64,000 bases of DNA from Candidatus Kapaibacterium sp. (lineage in GTDB: Bacteria; Bacteroidota; Ignavibacteria; Kapaibacteriales; NICIL-2): assembly GCA_040398805.1 (NCBI GenBank), contig JBBATK010000001.1, forward strand, positions 249,933 through 313,932. The letters run 5' to 3'. The position numbers were made by a program, and so were the translations under genes. The notes under the pieces were generated by a model. The model worked only from the letters and a program-made list of their open reading frames with translations, was not told the DNA's origin and did no database searches. How positions within the stretch are numbered: the stretch's first letter is position 1; every line of letters begins with the position of its first letter. Positions 10,156 to 19,106 of the stretch are shown here, in pieces.

Positions 10156-11397
10156 TTGGTACCAGCCCATCTCCAACGTGCCGTATTTTGCCACGTATTT
10201 CATTGGCAAAGCATGGCTTCGACTCTCGTTTTTGCGGTCTTTTGGCTTTCCGTCGCCGGAATCATCCATACGTACCTTTTGTTCCCGTTGCTTCTGAGTT
10301 CAATTGCGGGAATCAAGAGGCGCTCTTTAGGCGAAAAACACATGGATGATGCGGTTGTTTCCGTTCCGGACATCACCATCCTGATCGCAGCATACAACGA
10401 GGAGAAGAACATTCGTGAACGGATCGAGAATCTTGCTCAGTGCCAGTATCCGATTGGAAAAATGTCGGTCTTGGTAGGTTCTGACGGGTCCACCGATGCC
10501 ACGAATGCCATTCTTGCGGAGCTATCCTTGAAGTATGATTGGCTCGACGTGGTCGTTTTTGCTGAGAATCGAGGTAAGACCCCTGTCGTGAATTCCTTGA
10601 TCGCCAAAGTACGAACGCCGATAACCGTTCTCACCGACGCGGACACCATTTTCTCGACGGATGCACTTGTATCCATCGTCCAACCGTTCCGTGACCTGAG
10701 GGTGGGGTGCGTGGCCGGCGTGAGACGGGTACGCAATCAAGCAGTCGAATCCGTGACCTCGCTCCAGGAGTCATCGTACTTGGATCTCGACAATAGAATC
10801 CGCGTCGCCGAAGGTGAACTCGGTTGCATCATAGGTGCGCATGGAAGTCTGTACGCAATCCGCACGGAGCTCCTGGAACGGATTCCGGAAGATCGGCCCT
10901 TCACGGACGACTTTTTCCTCTCGATGATTCCGTTGGAGCGTGGTTTCAGGGTGATGCAGGCAGATCGTGCACTTTCTTTTGCGGAGGCCGCGGCGAGTCC
11001 GATGAAAGACTTCATGCGCAAGGTACGCTACTCTTCTACCGCATTCGCCACTTGTTTCCGTTTCGGCCACCTTTTATGGAGCAGTCGGCCGCTGGTCGCC
11101 TACTGCTTCTTTTCGCATCGTGTCTCGCGGTGGTTCCTTCCCTTTTTCTTAATGATTGCAGTCATCACAAACGTCGCTCTGCTGGGGACCGGATTCGTGT
11201 ATTCCGTTGCTCTTGCGATTCAGTCGCTCTTCTATCTTGGGGCTGTCATTGGCATTCTCATCCCGTCTACCGTAGCCCGCTCGCGGGTTTTCTCGCTTTC
11301 GGCGTATTTTGTGTACTCGAACGCAGCGTTGTTCGTCGGATTCTTCCGTTGGATATCCGGTCGCGCCTCTCATCGTTGGGTACCGAGCCGGAATTGA
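10156..11397 (+). CDS. Family 2 glycosyltransferase, membrane-integrated (N- and C-terminal TM helices). The likely ATG start is 10213 (MASTLVF...); the ORF-track start at 10156 is a TTG.
   Basis: ILIAAYNEEKNI...VGSDGSTD (the DxD region of GT2), a catalytic domain, then about 4 C-terminal TM helices. Confidence 0.8.
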   Translation: MVPAHLQRAVFCHVFHWQSMASTLVFAVFWLSVAGIIHTYLLFPLLLSSIAGIKRRSLGEKHMDDAVVSVPDITILIAAYNEEKNIRERIENLAQCQYPIGKMSVLVGSDGSTDATNAILAELSLKYDWLDVVVFAENRGKTPVVNSLIAKVRTPITVLTDADTIFSTDALVSIVQPFRDLRVGCVAGVRRVRNQAVESVTSLQESSYLDLDNRIRVAEGELGCIIGAHGSLYAIRTELLERIPEDRPFTDDFFLSMIPLERGFRVMQADRALSFAEAAASPMKDFMRKVRYSSTAFATCFRFGHLLWSSRPLVAYCFFSHRVSRWFLPFFLMIAVITNVALLGTGFVYSVALAIQSLFYLGAVIGILIPSTVARSRVFSLSAYFVYSNAALFVGFFRWISGRASHRWVPSRN

Positions 11398-11412
11398 GAA
11401 AGTAATCTTCCA

Positions 11413-13461
11413 TTGAACATGTCCATGTCTATGTCTCGCCATGCTATCGTCGGTCTGATTTTCGTCATCCTCGTCTCCTTGTCGGCACACGCGGCGATCG
11501 ATCCTACATCCTGGTCCCTCTCTCCGACGAAGGTGATCATGGCGGCCGGTGACACGGTCGTCGTCAAGCTCAAAGCGAAGATCGATGAGGGATGGCATAT
11601 CTACGGACTCAAGGACTACATCTCAGCCGATGGCGGGGGTCCGCAGAAGACGGAGATAACCATGGATGGTAAGACATTTTCTCTGCTTTCCCAGCGGTTC
11701 AAGACGTCGAAGCCTCTTGCCGTCTTCGATTCCAGTTTTGAGGTGAATGTCGAGAAGTTCAAGCACGATGCGGAGTTCACCCTCCCCATTACATGTCTGC
11801 GATCGCTCGCACCGGGAACTTATACAGCAACCATCGTCGTGTACTTCCAAACGTGTACCTCGAGGAACTGCCTGCCGCCGAAAGAGATCAAACTTCCTCT
11901 GACCATCCAGGTGACAGAGGCCAAGCAAAGCGCGTTACCAGAGGGTGGCGTCGTTCCGCCGCCGGCATCCTCGGACGGGAGCTCGGCACCTGCGACTCAA
12001 CCCGAGGAAGAGAAGCCTTCGCAGAACATACCTTCAACGAATTCGTCTCCGTCCTCGACCGACGAGGAGTCGGCAGGAGGACAGGATGTACCGAAGAGCT
12101 TGATGGCTCTCATACTGCTCGCTATGGGATTCGGTGCGAGCTCGTGGGTCATGCCATGTGTCTATCCCATGATTCCGATCACGGTTTCCTTTTTCACAAA
12201 ACGTTCGGAGAAGGAACATACCAGACCCATCGTCGATTCGCTCGTGTACTCGGCCGGAATCATGAGTACGTACGTCGTCTTCGGGGCTATTGCCGCCATC
12301 TTCTTCGGGGCGACTGCAGGACGTGATTTCGCTTCGAACCCGTCGGTGAATCTTGTGCTGGCGCTTCTCTTTGTCGTCATCGCCGGCAATCTATTCGGGA
12401 TGTACGAGATCGCTCTTCCCGCATCATGGGTCAACTCGCTCAATCGTCAGTCATCGAAGAAGAAGGGATATTCGTCCTCGTTCCTCATGGGTATGGTGTT
12501 TTCGCTGACGGCGTTCACATGCACGGTGCCGTTCATCGACTTGGTGGGTAAGATATCCGCCGGTGGAGAGTGGTTTCGTCCCATCATCGGCATGAGTGTC
12601 TATGCTGCTGTCTTCGCCTTGCCGTTCTTCCTTCTCGCACTCTTCCCGTCCACCCTCACCCGTCTGCCGCGCTCGGGTGCGTGGATGAATAACATCAAGG
12701 TCGTCTTCGGATTCGTCGAGCTTGCCTTCGCCATCAGCTACTTCGCCCGTGTGGATAGTCTGTCAGGAACGGGCATCCTCTCTCGTGAAGCGGTCTTGAG
12801 CATTTGGGCAGGATGTTCCTTCCTCATCATGCTCTATATACTCGGCGTCTTCCGCATGAAAATGGATAGTCACGTGGACCATATCGGCGGATTTCGTGCA
12901 ACGCTCGCCCTCGTGTTCGCGGCATTGACCTTCTACATTTTCGACGGCATCAAAAGTTCGTCAGTCGGTCCGCTGGAACCGTTCGTCTACGTGGAGTCGG
13001 CGAATCTTTCGGCCGGCGCAGGCACACCAAGCACCTCGCAGACGAAAGGAGGATCGTCAGTCTACAATGGCGAGTGGCTGGAGGATCTTGACAGCGCCCT
13101 TGTCATCGCAAAGAAGATCAACAAGCCGGTGTTCATCGACTTCACGGGGATAAGCTGCACGAACTGTCGTTGGATGGAGAAAAACATGTTCCCGAAACCT
13201 GAGGTACGCGCGCTGATGCAGCAGATGGTGCTCGTTCGGGCTTATACGGACCGACGACATGTGGCTCGTGACCGGGCATACCAGGAGATGGAAGACCGAC
13301 GGTTCCACTCCACCCTTCTTCCGTTGTACGTTCTTCTCACGCCGAACGATACGTTTATCGCATCGGCTACGTACACGCCGGATGTTCAGGAATTCGTCAC
13401 CTTCCTCAAGTCCGCAGTCCCAGGCGGCGTCGCCATCTCGCAAGCGATAGAGTCACGCTGA
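11413..13461 (+). CDS. dsbD: Thiol:disulfide interchange protein DsbD (all three domains: alpha, TM beta, thioredoxin gamma)
   Basis: 682 aa with a signal peptide, N-terminal periplasmic domain with TCTSRNC, a TM core with the two conserved Cys (MPCVYPM, FTCTVPF) and a C-terminal thioredoxin fold with CTNC (CXXC). Confidence 0.85.
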   Translation: MNMSMSMSRHAIVGLIFVILVSLSAHAAIDPTSWSLSPTKVIMAAGDTVVVKLKAKIDEGWHIYGLKDYISADGGGPQKTEITMDGKTFSLLSQRFKTSKPLAVFDSSFEVNVEKFKHDAEFTLPITCLRSLAPGTYTATIVVYFQTCTSRNCLPPKEIKLPLTIQVTEAKQSALPEGGVVPPPASSDGSSAPATQPEEEKPSQNIPSTNSSPSSTDEESAGGQDVPKSLMALILLAMGFGASSWVMPCVYPMIPITVSFFTKRSEKEHTRPIVDSLVYSAGIMSTYVVFGAIAAIFFGATAGRDFASNPSVNLVLALLFVVIAGNLFGMYEIALPASWVNSLNRQSSKKKGYSSSFLMGMVFSLTAFTCTVPFIDLVGKISAGGEWFRPIIGMSVYAAVFALPFFLLALFPSTLTRLPRSGAWMNNIKVVFGFVELAFAISYFARVDSLSGTGILSREAVLSIWAGCSFLIMLYILGVFRMKMDSHVDHIGGFRATLALVFAALTFYIFDGIKSSSVGPLEPFVYVESANLSAGAGTPSTSQTKGGSSVYNGEWLEDLDSALVIAKKINKPVFIDFTGISCTNCRWMEKNMFPKPEVRALMQQMVLVRAYTDRRHVARDRAYQEMEDRRFHSTLLPLYVLLTPNDTFIASATYTPDVQEFVTFLKSAVPGGVAISQAIESR

Positions 13462-13471
13462 TCAACCAAGA

Positions 13472-14932
13472 CTAGAATGGAGCGTCGGCGGGCAACTGCG
13501 GATAACCACCACCGCTACCATCGTCGAATCGTGCATACGCAAGGTTCTCAAAGCGCGCGTAGTCTTTGATATACGCCGTGCGCACAGTATCGATAGGACC
13601 GTTCCGTTGCTTCGCGATAATCAGTTCGGCCGTACCTTCCGTCGGCGTACCGTCGTCGTATTGCATGATTTCATAGACCTCCGGACGTGTCACGAACATG
13701 ACCACATCGGCGTCCTGCTCGATACTGCCGCTCTCTCGAAGGTCCGAGAGCATGGGACGTTTGTCGCTCCGCGCTTCGACGGTGCGGTTTAGCTGGGCGA
13801 GCGCAACGACGGGAATATCCAACTCCTTGGCAATCTGCTTGAGGGTCCGGGATATGATGGAGATCTCCCGCTCACGACTCTCGGCTTTCGGTGCGTGCAT
13901 GAGCTGTAAGTAGTCCACGAATATCAAGCGAACGTCGTGTTCGACTTTCAATCGCCGGCACTTGGCGCGGAGTTCCATCAAACTCAACGAGGGACTGTCA
14001 TCGATGAACATCTTCGCTTTCTCGAGGCGTCCAATGGCTCCGACGATTTTCTGCATTTGATCGCCCGAAATCCTTCCTGTCCGGATGTTATGAGCATTGA
14101 TGCGCGTTTCTGCACTGATGAGACGCATGATCAATTGCACGCTCGCCATTTCAATGGAAAAGAAGGCGACAGGAACATCGTATTCGATGGCGGCGTTTCG
14201 CGCAATGCTCAGCGCCAGTGCGGTCTTCCCCATGGAGGGACGAGCGGCAATGATGATGAGGTCCGACTTCTGAAACCCACCAAGGAGTTCGTCAAGTTTC
14301 ACGAAGCCCGTCGGCACTCCGCTGACACCGCTGTCTCCGCCCCGATCCACGAGCTTGGCGATGACGTTGAATGTCTCCCGAGCAAGCTTATTCATTCCTG
14401 CGTACGTTTTTCGAAGCCGCTTTTCGGCGATGTCGAAAATCTCCTGCTCCGCTCTATCGATCTCTTCAAGGGCATCCGTCGTGTCGTCATAGCATGATTC
14501 AATCATGTTGCCCGCTGCTTGAATAAGGCGTCGTTTCAGATAATGCTCTTGAACGATACGCGCATGATGTTCCACAGCGAACGATGTCGGTGTCTGCGCA
14601 TTGATTTCCGTCAGGTAGAACGTGCCGCCTATGCGCTCAAGTTGTCCTTGTCGACGCAGTTCTTGCGATAACGTGATGATGTCCACCGGAGTTCCGCTCT
14701 CGAACAGCGCACAGATGGCAGCATAGATGGTCGTATTCGCTTCCGAATAGAAACTGTCGAAGTCCAGGATCTCGATGGTCTTTGCTATGGCACCGCGATC
14801 AACCATCATCGAACCCAAGACATTGACCTCCGCCTCGATGGAGTGAGGTGGGATATTCTGCGTACGCAGATCCATGGAGGGAGCTTGTTCTCGGGATCGC
14901 GAGCGAACGCGAGCTTTTCCTGTATCGTTCAT
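13472..14932 (-). CDS. dnaB: Replicative DNA helicase DnaB
   Basis: 486 aa. The N-terminal DnaB domain is followed by a RecA-like core with Walker A (PSMGKTALAL) and conserved DnaB motifs. No intein is present. Confidence 0.95.
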   Translation of the reverse strand: MNDTGKARVRSRSREQAPSMDLRTQNIPPHSIEAEVNVLGSMMVDRGAIAKTIEILDFDSFYSEANTTIYAAICALFESGTPVDIITLSQELRRQGQLERIGGTFYLTEINAQTPTSFAVEHHARIVQEHYLKRRLIQAAGNMIESCYDDTTDALEEIDRAEQEIFDIAEKRLRKTYAGMNKLARETFNVIAKLVDRGGDSGVSGVPTGFVKLDELLGGFQKSDLIIIAARPSMGKTALALSIARNAAIEYDVPVAFFSIEMASVQLIMRLISAETRINAHNIRTGRISGDQMQKIVGAIGRLEKAKMFIDDSPSLSLMELRAKCRRLKVEHDVRLIFVDYLQLMHAPKAESREREISIISRTLKQIAKELDIPVVALAQLNRTVEARSDKRPMLSDLRESGSIEQDADVVMFVTRPEVYEIMQYDDGTPTEGTAELIIAKQRNGPIDTVRTAYIKDYARFENLAYARFDDGSGGGYPQLPADAPF

Positions 14933-15139
14933 GAGGGCTTAGTGGTTGTTCGTTGGGTGACGAAAATAGCACGATAGATGTCCAGGGAGCGTATGTCGAT
15001 TATGGACATTTTGTGCACACGTTTTCTACAATGTGCTTTCTTTCATTTTTTTCTGCTTTGCAGAGGAAGAAGTCTTATATTGACGCACGACGTGTGAAAT
15101 CTTGCTACCTTTAACGCTCTTCAACATTCGTTCTCTTCT

Positions 15140-15652
15140 ATGATTTTTTCCCGCGCATCCGAATATGCAATTCAGGCAATGCTCTACCTGGCAAAACGCA
15201 CAGAGTCTGAAGGCAAGAAGGTCATTCAAACACGCGAGATAGCAGACGCGCACGGTATACCGTATCACTTCCTCGCGAAGATCGTTCAGGACCTGGCGAA
15301 GGCAGATCTGATCATATCGCTCAAGGGACCCAACGGAGGTATAGGCCTGGCGCACTCTGCGTCGAACATCACCGTTTTGGAAATCGTCCGTTCCGTCGAC
15401 AACATCCAGTATGTTACGGACTGCGTCGTCGGCTACGATAAATGCAACTCCGAGAATCCTTGTCCGTTGCATCATGACTGGGAGAAGATCCGTGAAATCA
15501 TCTTCAATCTCATTCGTGAGAAGAAGCTCGCCGACTTGATTCACGAGACGGAGTTCGTCAACGGGCGCTTGCTCCGTGTAAAGGCACCCGCAGCCCAAGC
15601 GGCCGCGAAGAAAGTCGCCAAACGCATTACGAAGTCGGAACCCGCTGCGTAA
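15140..15652 (+). CDS. Rrf2-family transcriptional regulator with three Fe-S-ligating Cys (C-x8-C-x5-C) and an unusual Lys/Ala-rich C-terminal tail
   Basis: MIFSRASEYAIQAMLYLA wHTH N-terminus, a Cys triad in DCVVGYDKCNSENPC and the tail APAAQAAAKKVAKRITKSEPAA. It is 170 aa against a typical length of about 140-150 aa. Confidence 0.8.
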   Translation: MIFSRASEYAIQAMLYLAKRTESEGKKVIQTREIADAHGIPYHFLAKIVQDLAKADLIISLKGPNGGIGLAHSASNITVLEIVRSVDNIQYVTDCVVGYDKCNSENPCPLHHDWEKIREIIFNLIREKKLADLIHETEFVNGRLLRVKAPAAQAAAKKVAKRITKSEPAA

Positions 15653-15656
15653 TTCC

Positions 15657-16103
15657 CTAGTTCGCCATCAGCTCGATTCGCTGAGCCCGCAGGACGACGG
15701 TGGGCTTGGTCGTGCTTTCCGTACCCTCGCAAAGCTTCTCGTACTCTGCATATCCCTTGCTGGATGGCAGTATGAGTTTGCGCATTAAACGTCCGTCGAC
15801 GCGGACCGAACGCTCACGCCATTGACCCGGTACCTCCCCGACGTTTTCGTCCGGTTCTATGCGCAGGATGTTTGCCCTGTCTGTGAGGACCACCCAGCAT
15901 CCGTCATCAGGACAGACGTCCTTGACGACTCCTGTGACCGCCACCGATACGTCGTAGGCGGCGTCATGAAGAGCGGAACTCACGCTGATAGACCTCACCA
16001 TCGGCCGCTCAGGGATCCCGATCACGGTGACGGGTTTCGAGCAACCGGAGACGAGACACGACGCGATAATGACGAGATGACAAAGGATTCCTCGCATGAA
16101 CAT
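15657..16103 (-). CDS. Small lipoprotein of unknown function (the ORF-track 5' extension to 16262 overlaps tRNA-Thr and is rejected)
   Basis: Start at MFMRGILCHLVIIASCLVSGCS, which carries a lipobox LVSGC. The region 16104-16262 carries a tRNA and a terminator. Confidence 0.55.
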   Translation of the reverse strand: MFMRGILCHLVIIASCLVSGCSKPVTVIGIPERPMVRSISVSSALHDAAYDVSVAVTGVVKDVCPDDGCWVVLTDRANILRIEPDENVGEVPGQWRERSVRVDGRLMRKLILPSSKGYAEYEKLCEGTESTTKPTVVLRAQRIELMAN

Positions 16104-16140
16104 GCCGAAGGTTGATGATTGAGTCCGCCGCTTCCACCGA

Positions 16141-16177
16141 AAAAAAAAGCCCCGAACGGAGTTCGGGGCTTTTTCAG
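16141..16177. terminator. Rho-independent terminator immediately 3' of tRNA-Thr (minus strand); the palindrome could also act for the plus strand
   Basis: aaaaaaaa-gccccgaac-gga-gttcggggc-ttttt: a 9-bp GC-rich stem flanked by A8 on one side and T5 on the other. Confidence 0.7.
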
Positions 16178-16250
16178 AGCCAACAGACGGACTTGAACCG
16201 ACGACCTGCTCATTACGAATGAGCTGCTCTACCAGCTGAGCTATGTTGGC
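16178..16250 (-). tRNA. tRNA-Thr (anticodon CGU); no encoded CCA
   Basis: The reverse complement GCCAACATAGCTCAGCTGGTAGAGCAGCTCATTCGTAATGAGCAGGTCGTCGGTTCAAGTCCGTCTGTTGGCT folds as a cloverleaf with anticodon loop TTCGTAA. There is one U·U mismatch in the T-stem. Confidence 0.8.
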
Positions 16251-16270
16251 ACTTGTGCTCACAGGGAGTG

Positions 16271-16301
16271 CAAAATTAGTGTTTGTTCTCTATTCCGCAA
16301 A
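16271..16301 (-). promoter_or_regulatory. Bacteroidetes-type promoter for tRNA-Thr (-33 TTTG, 19-nt spacer, -7 TAATTTTG), about 20 nt upstream of the tRNA 5' end
   Basis: Minus-strand reading cgTTTGcggaatagagaacaaacacTAATTTTGcactccctgtgagcacaagt-GCCAAC. It overlaps the last codons of the upstream M32 peptidase gene. Confidence 0.45.
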
Positions 16302-17807
16302 CGATACATCGTAAACTCTTTGAGTTTTTGCTTTCACGTACTCGAGAAAGTCCCGCTCGCTCAGCGCTTCACCGGAAACCTTGACGATGAGTTCGTTCGG
16401 CGTGTACGTCTTACCGTAGGTATGAATGTTGTCACGCAGCCACTGAAGGATGGTCCCGAACTCTCCACGACGGATGGTATCCGTTACACCCGGAACATCG
16501 CGAAGGAGAGCTTTGCGGAGCATGGCGGCATAGAGCTTTCCGAGGGTGTAGCTGGGAAAGTATCCGAATCCACCAAAGGACCAGTGGATGTCCTGTAAGC
16601 ACCCTTCCGCATCATGCGACGGCTCGACACCGAGATACTCCTTCATCTTCGCATTCCAGGCGGCCGGGATGTCCTCAACATTCATGCGTCCATTGATCAA
16701 GGCCTCTTCGATCTCGAAACGAACGATGATGTGGACGTTATAGGTGACTTCGTCCGACTCGATGCGGATGAGCGACGGCTCAATGGTATTGATCGACTTG
16801 TAGAAATCGAATGAGGATATGCCGGCGAGCTGCTGAGGAAAATGATCCTTCATCAATGGTAAGGCCCATTGCCAGAACTCCTCGCTGCGTGCAATGATAT
16901 TCTCCCAGAACAAGGATTGCGACTCGTGTATGCCCATGGATGAGCCGTCCGACGCGAAGGTACGTGCGAGCGCCGGAGCGATACCTTGCTCGTACATACC
17001 ATGTCCGGTCTCATGTATGAGTCCGAAGAGGCATGAACGGAGATCGTCTTCGAAGACACGCGTCGTCAATCGAACATCGGTCTGTGCGAACGACGTGCAG
17101 AACGGGTGGACAGAGAGGTCGACGCGACCAGTGTGCATGTCGAATCCGATGCTCTTGGAGATGAAACGCGCGAACTCCATCTGACGTTCCTTGTCGTAGT
17201 GCTGCGTGAGCACGGAGGAGGAGACGGAAACATCCGAAGACTTGATGGCCTTAATCACCGTCGTCGTGCCTTCACGCAGACGTGCGAAAATCGGACGCAG
17301 CTGCGCCACCGTTATCCCCGGTTCAAAGAGATCGAGGAGTGCGTCGTACTTGTTATCCGCATAGCCGTAACACTCCGCTGCCTGCGTTTTCAGCGAGATG
17401 AGATGCGCGAGGTCTGCTTGAAACAGCTCGAAACGTCGTTCCGACTTCGCCCGTTTCCATGATTCTTGCGCCAACGCACAGGCTCGTGATGTCTCGCGTA
17501 CAAGGGATTCCGGCAGCTTGACTGCTTTATCGAATTCCTTGACGAAGAGACGTGCAACACGGCTTTGTGCATCGTTGCCGTCGACGTCTCGGAGACGGTC
17601 GGCGATCTCCCGCGTGCTCTCCTTCGTCAATTCCGTATGCGCCAGAGTGTCGAGGGTTGCAATTTGCTCCGCACGGGCAGCGCCGGATCCTTCCGGCATG
17701 TAGGTCTCTTGATCCCAGCCAAGAAGGGCCGAGGCCGCGTTGAGGTCCTTGACGACATGCATGACATCAAGGGCTTGACGATACACGTCGTCACGAAGAT
17801 TTGCCAT
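16290..17807 (-). CDS. Carboxypeptidase Taq-type metallopeptidase (family M32)
   Basis: 505 aa with the HEXXH motif in LIHETGHGMYEQG and M32-like length and N-terminus. Confidence 0.8.
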   Translation of the reverse strand: MANLRDDVYRQALDVMHVVKDLNAASALLGWDQETYMPEGSGAARAEQIATLDTLAHTELTKESTREIADRLRDVDGNDAQSRVARLFVKEFDKAVKLPESLVRETSRACALAQESWKRAKSERRFELFQADLAHLISLKTQAAECYGYADNKYDALLDLFEPGITVAQLRPIFARLREGTTTVIKAIKSSDVSVSSSVLTQHYDKERQMEFARFISKSIGFDMHTGRVDLSVHPFCTSFAQTDVRLTTRVFEDDLRSCLFGLIHETGHGMYEQGIAPALARTFASDGSSMGIHESQSLFWENIIARSEEFWQWALPLMKDHFPQQLAGISSFDFYKSINTIEPSLIRIESDEVTYNVHIIVRFEIEEALINGRMNVEDIPAAWNAKMKEYLGVEPSHDAEGCLQDIHWSFGGFGYFPSYTLGKLYAAMLRKALLRDVPGVTDTIRRGEFGTILQWLRDNIHTYGKTYTPNELIVKVSGEALSERDFLEYVKAKTQRVYDVSFAE

Positions 17808-17831
17808 AAGAAAAAGGGATGGGATAGGTTT

Positions 17832-19073
17832 CTACTCGTAGCTCAACATGTGGGTCAACCAAGAGTTACCAAGCTTTTCAAGAACACTGTTCACCCGCAA
17901 CCGGTCTTTCAGATTCCCGAAGTCCACCCGGTCCAGATCCTGATCCTGATTGAAACAGCTGAACACCGGTGCTGTCTCCTCCCCGGTCTCAGGGTTCACA
18001 TGCTTCTGAAGACATTGCGCGCAGATCTCTTTCATCATGCACTGCATCGGCGAGTTGATGGAGCCGATGGCAGCGGCACCGCCGAGGACGTCTTTGAAGG
18101 CTGTGTGTCGCGCCATGCGGACCGCATTCATCATGCCGTCGCTACCGATAGCGATGATTCTCTGTACCGAGGGGAACGATATGCTTTGCTCGCCAAGGCG
18201 TCCTTCGTGATACGCTTTCATGGCCTCGATGATGTTCGCTCGTATGTGACGGTCTTGGGGACGACGCGGAGAAATCTCCTCACCCACATCGGAGCACCAG
18301 ATCACCTGGTCGGTAGAGCCCTCGATATCGTCCATCTTGAACACGTCACTGCCATTCTTGTAGCCGGCAAAGTACAGCACCCGACAACCGTTGGCGCGTA
18401 GGGCTTTCGAAATGGAAAAGAGGACCGCGTTACCCAAACCTCCACCGCAGAGCATGACGTTCTCATTCGCCGGTATGTGGGTGGGTGCGCCGGTCGGACC
18501 CATGACGACGACTCGCTGCCCCGGTTGCAGGCGCGCAATGAGGCGTGACGACGAACCCATCTCCAAAGCGATCATCGAGAGCAGTCCGCGTTCCGGATCC
18601 GTCGATGCTCCGGTCATGGCCAGTCCTTCCATAACTAGCTGTTGTCCGTTGACCGATTCGGCATCGCGCTCGTAATTCTGCAGACGATAGAACTCTCCCG
18701 GCTGAAACTTCCGTGCGGCATACGGTGCATGAACGATCAGCTCGACAATGGTCGGCGTCAACCGACGCACGGCGACGACCGTGGGGGCGAACAGGGCATC
18801 GAGGCGCTCTTGAAACTCGTCCAGCTCGGCAAGGCGTTCGCGGTGTGCCGTATCGTCACCACGGGACAGTTCATCCGCGCTCTGCTCGATGACATCATGA
18901 AACAGCTCAGCAACCTTCGGATACCCGTTCTTCGCGCTTGCCATGGCTTTAACGACACTGCCGGCATAGTGAGGATGGTTGTCACCATAGAACGATATGC
19001 GCTTGCCGTCCTTCTCGTACGACGTGAAGAACGATTGCGAGAGGTCGAGTCCCGGCACGAGTCTGGAGTCCAT
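17832..19073 (-). CDS. PyrK-like FAD/NAD(P)-binding oxidoreductase with a C-terminal 4-Cys [2Fe-2S] cluster and an extra N-terminal domain of about 100 aa
   Basis: FAD-binding RxY-type motif (PGEFYRLQN), NAD-binding GGxG (MLCGGGLGNAV) and a C-terminal Cys cluster CMMKEIC-AQC...SC typical of the DHOD electron-transfer-subunit family. Confidence 0.55.
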   Translation of the reverse strand: MDSRLVPGLDLSQSFFTSYEKDGKRISFYGDNHPHYAGSVVKAMASAKNGYPKVAELFHDVIEQSADELSRGDDTAHRERLAELDEFQERLDALFAPTVVAVRRLTPTIVELIVHAPYAARKFQPGEFYRLQNYERDAESVNGQQLVMEGLAMTGASTDPERGLLSMIALEMGSSSRLIARLQPGQRVVVMGPTGAPTHIPANENVMLCGGGLGNAVLFSISKALRANGCRVLYFAGYKNGSDVFKMDDIEGSTDQVIWCSDVGEEISPRRPQDRHIRANIIEAMKAYHEGRLGEQSISFPSVQRIIAIGSDGMMNAVRMARHTAFKDVLGGAAAIGSINSPMQCMMKEICAQCLQKHVNPETGEETAPVFSCFNQDQDLDRVDFGNLKDRLRVNSVLEKLGNSWLTHMLSYE

Positions 19074-19106
19074 TCGGGTCAGTGGTGATGTGACAGTTCA
19101 GTTACC

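Noticed and set aside
9949-10269. 5' extension of the porU ORF to 10269
   Set aside because: The extended N-terminus lacks a signal peptide. The internal MRLRAHILFLAFNFIVSSALLCA is a textbook signal sequence.
15657-16262. 201-aa ORF on the minus strand
   Set aside because: Its 5' third overlaps tRNA-Thr and the terminator hairpin. Only the downstream part (from MFMRGILCHL..., lipobox) is kept as a lipoprotein gene.
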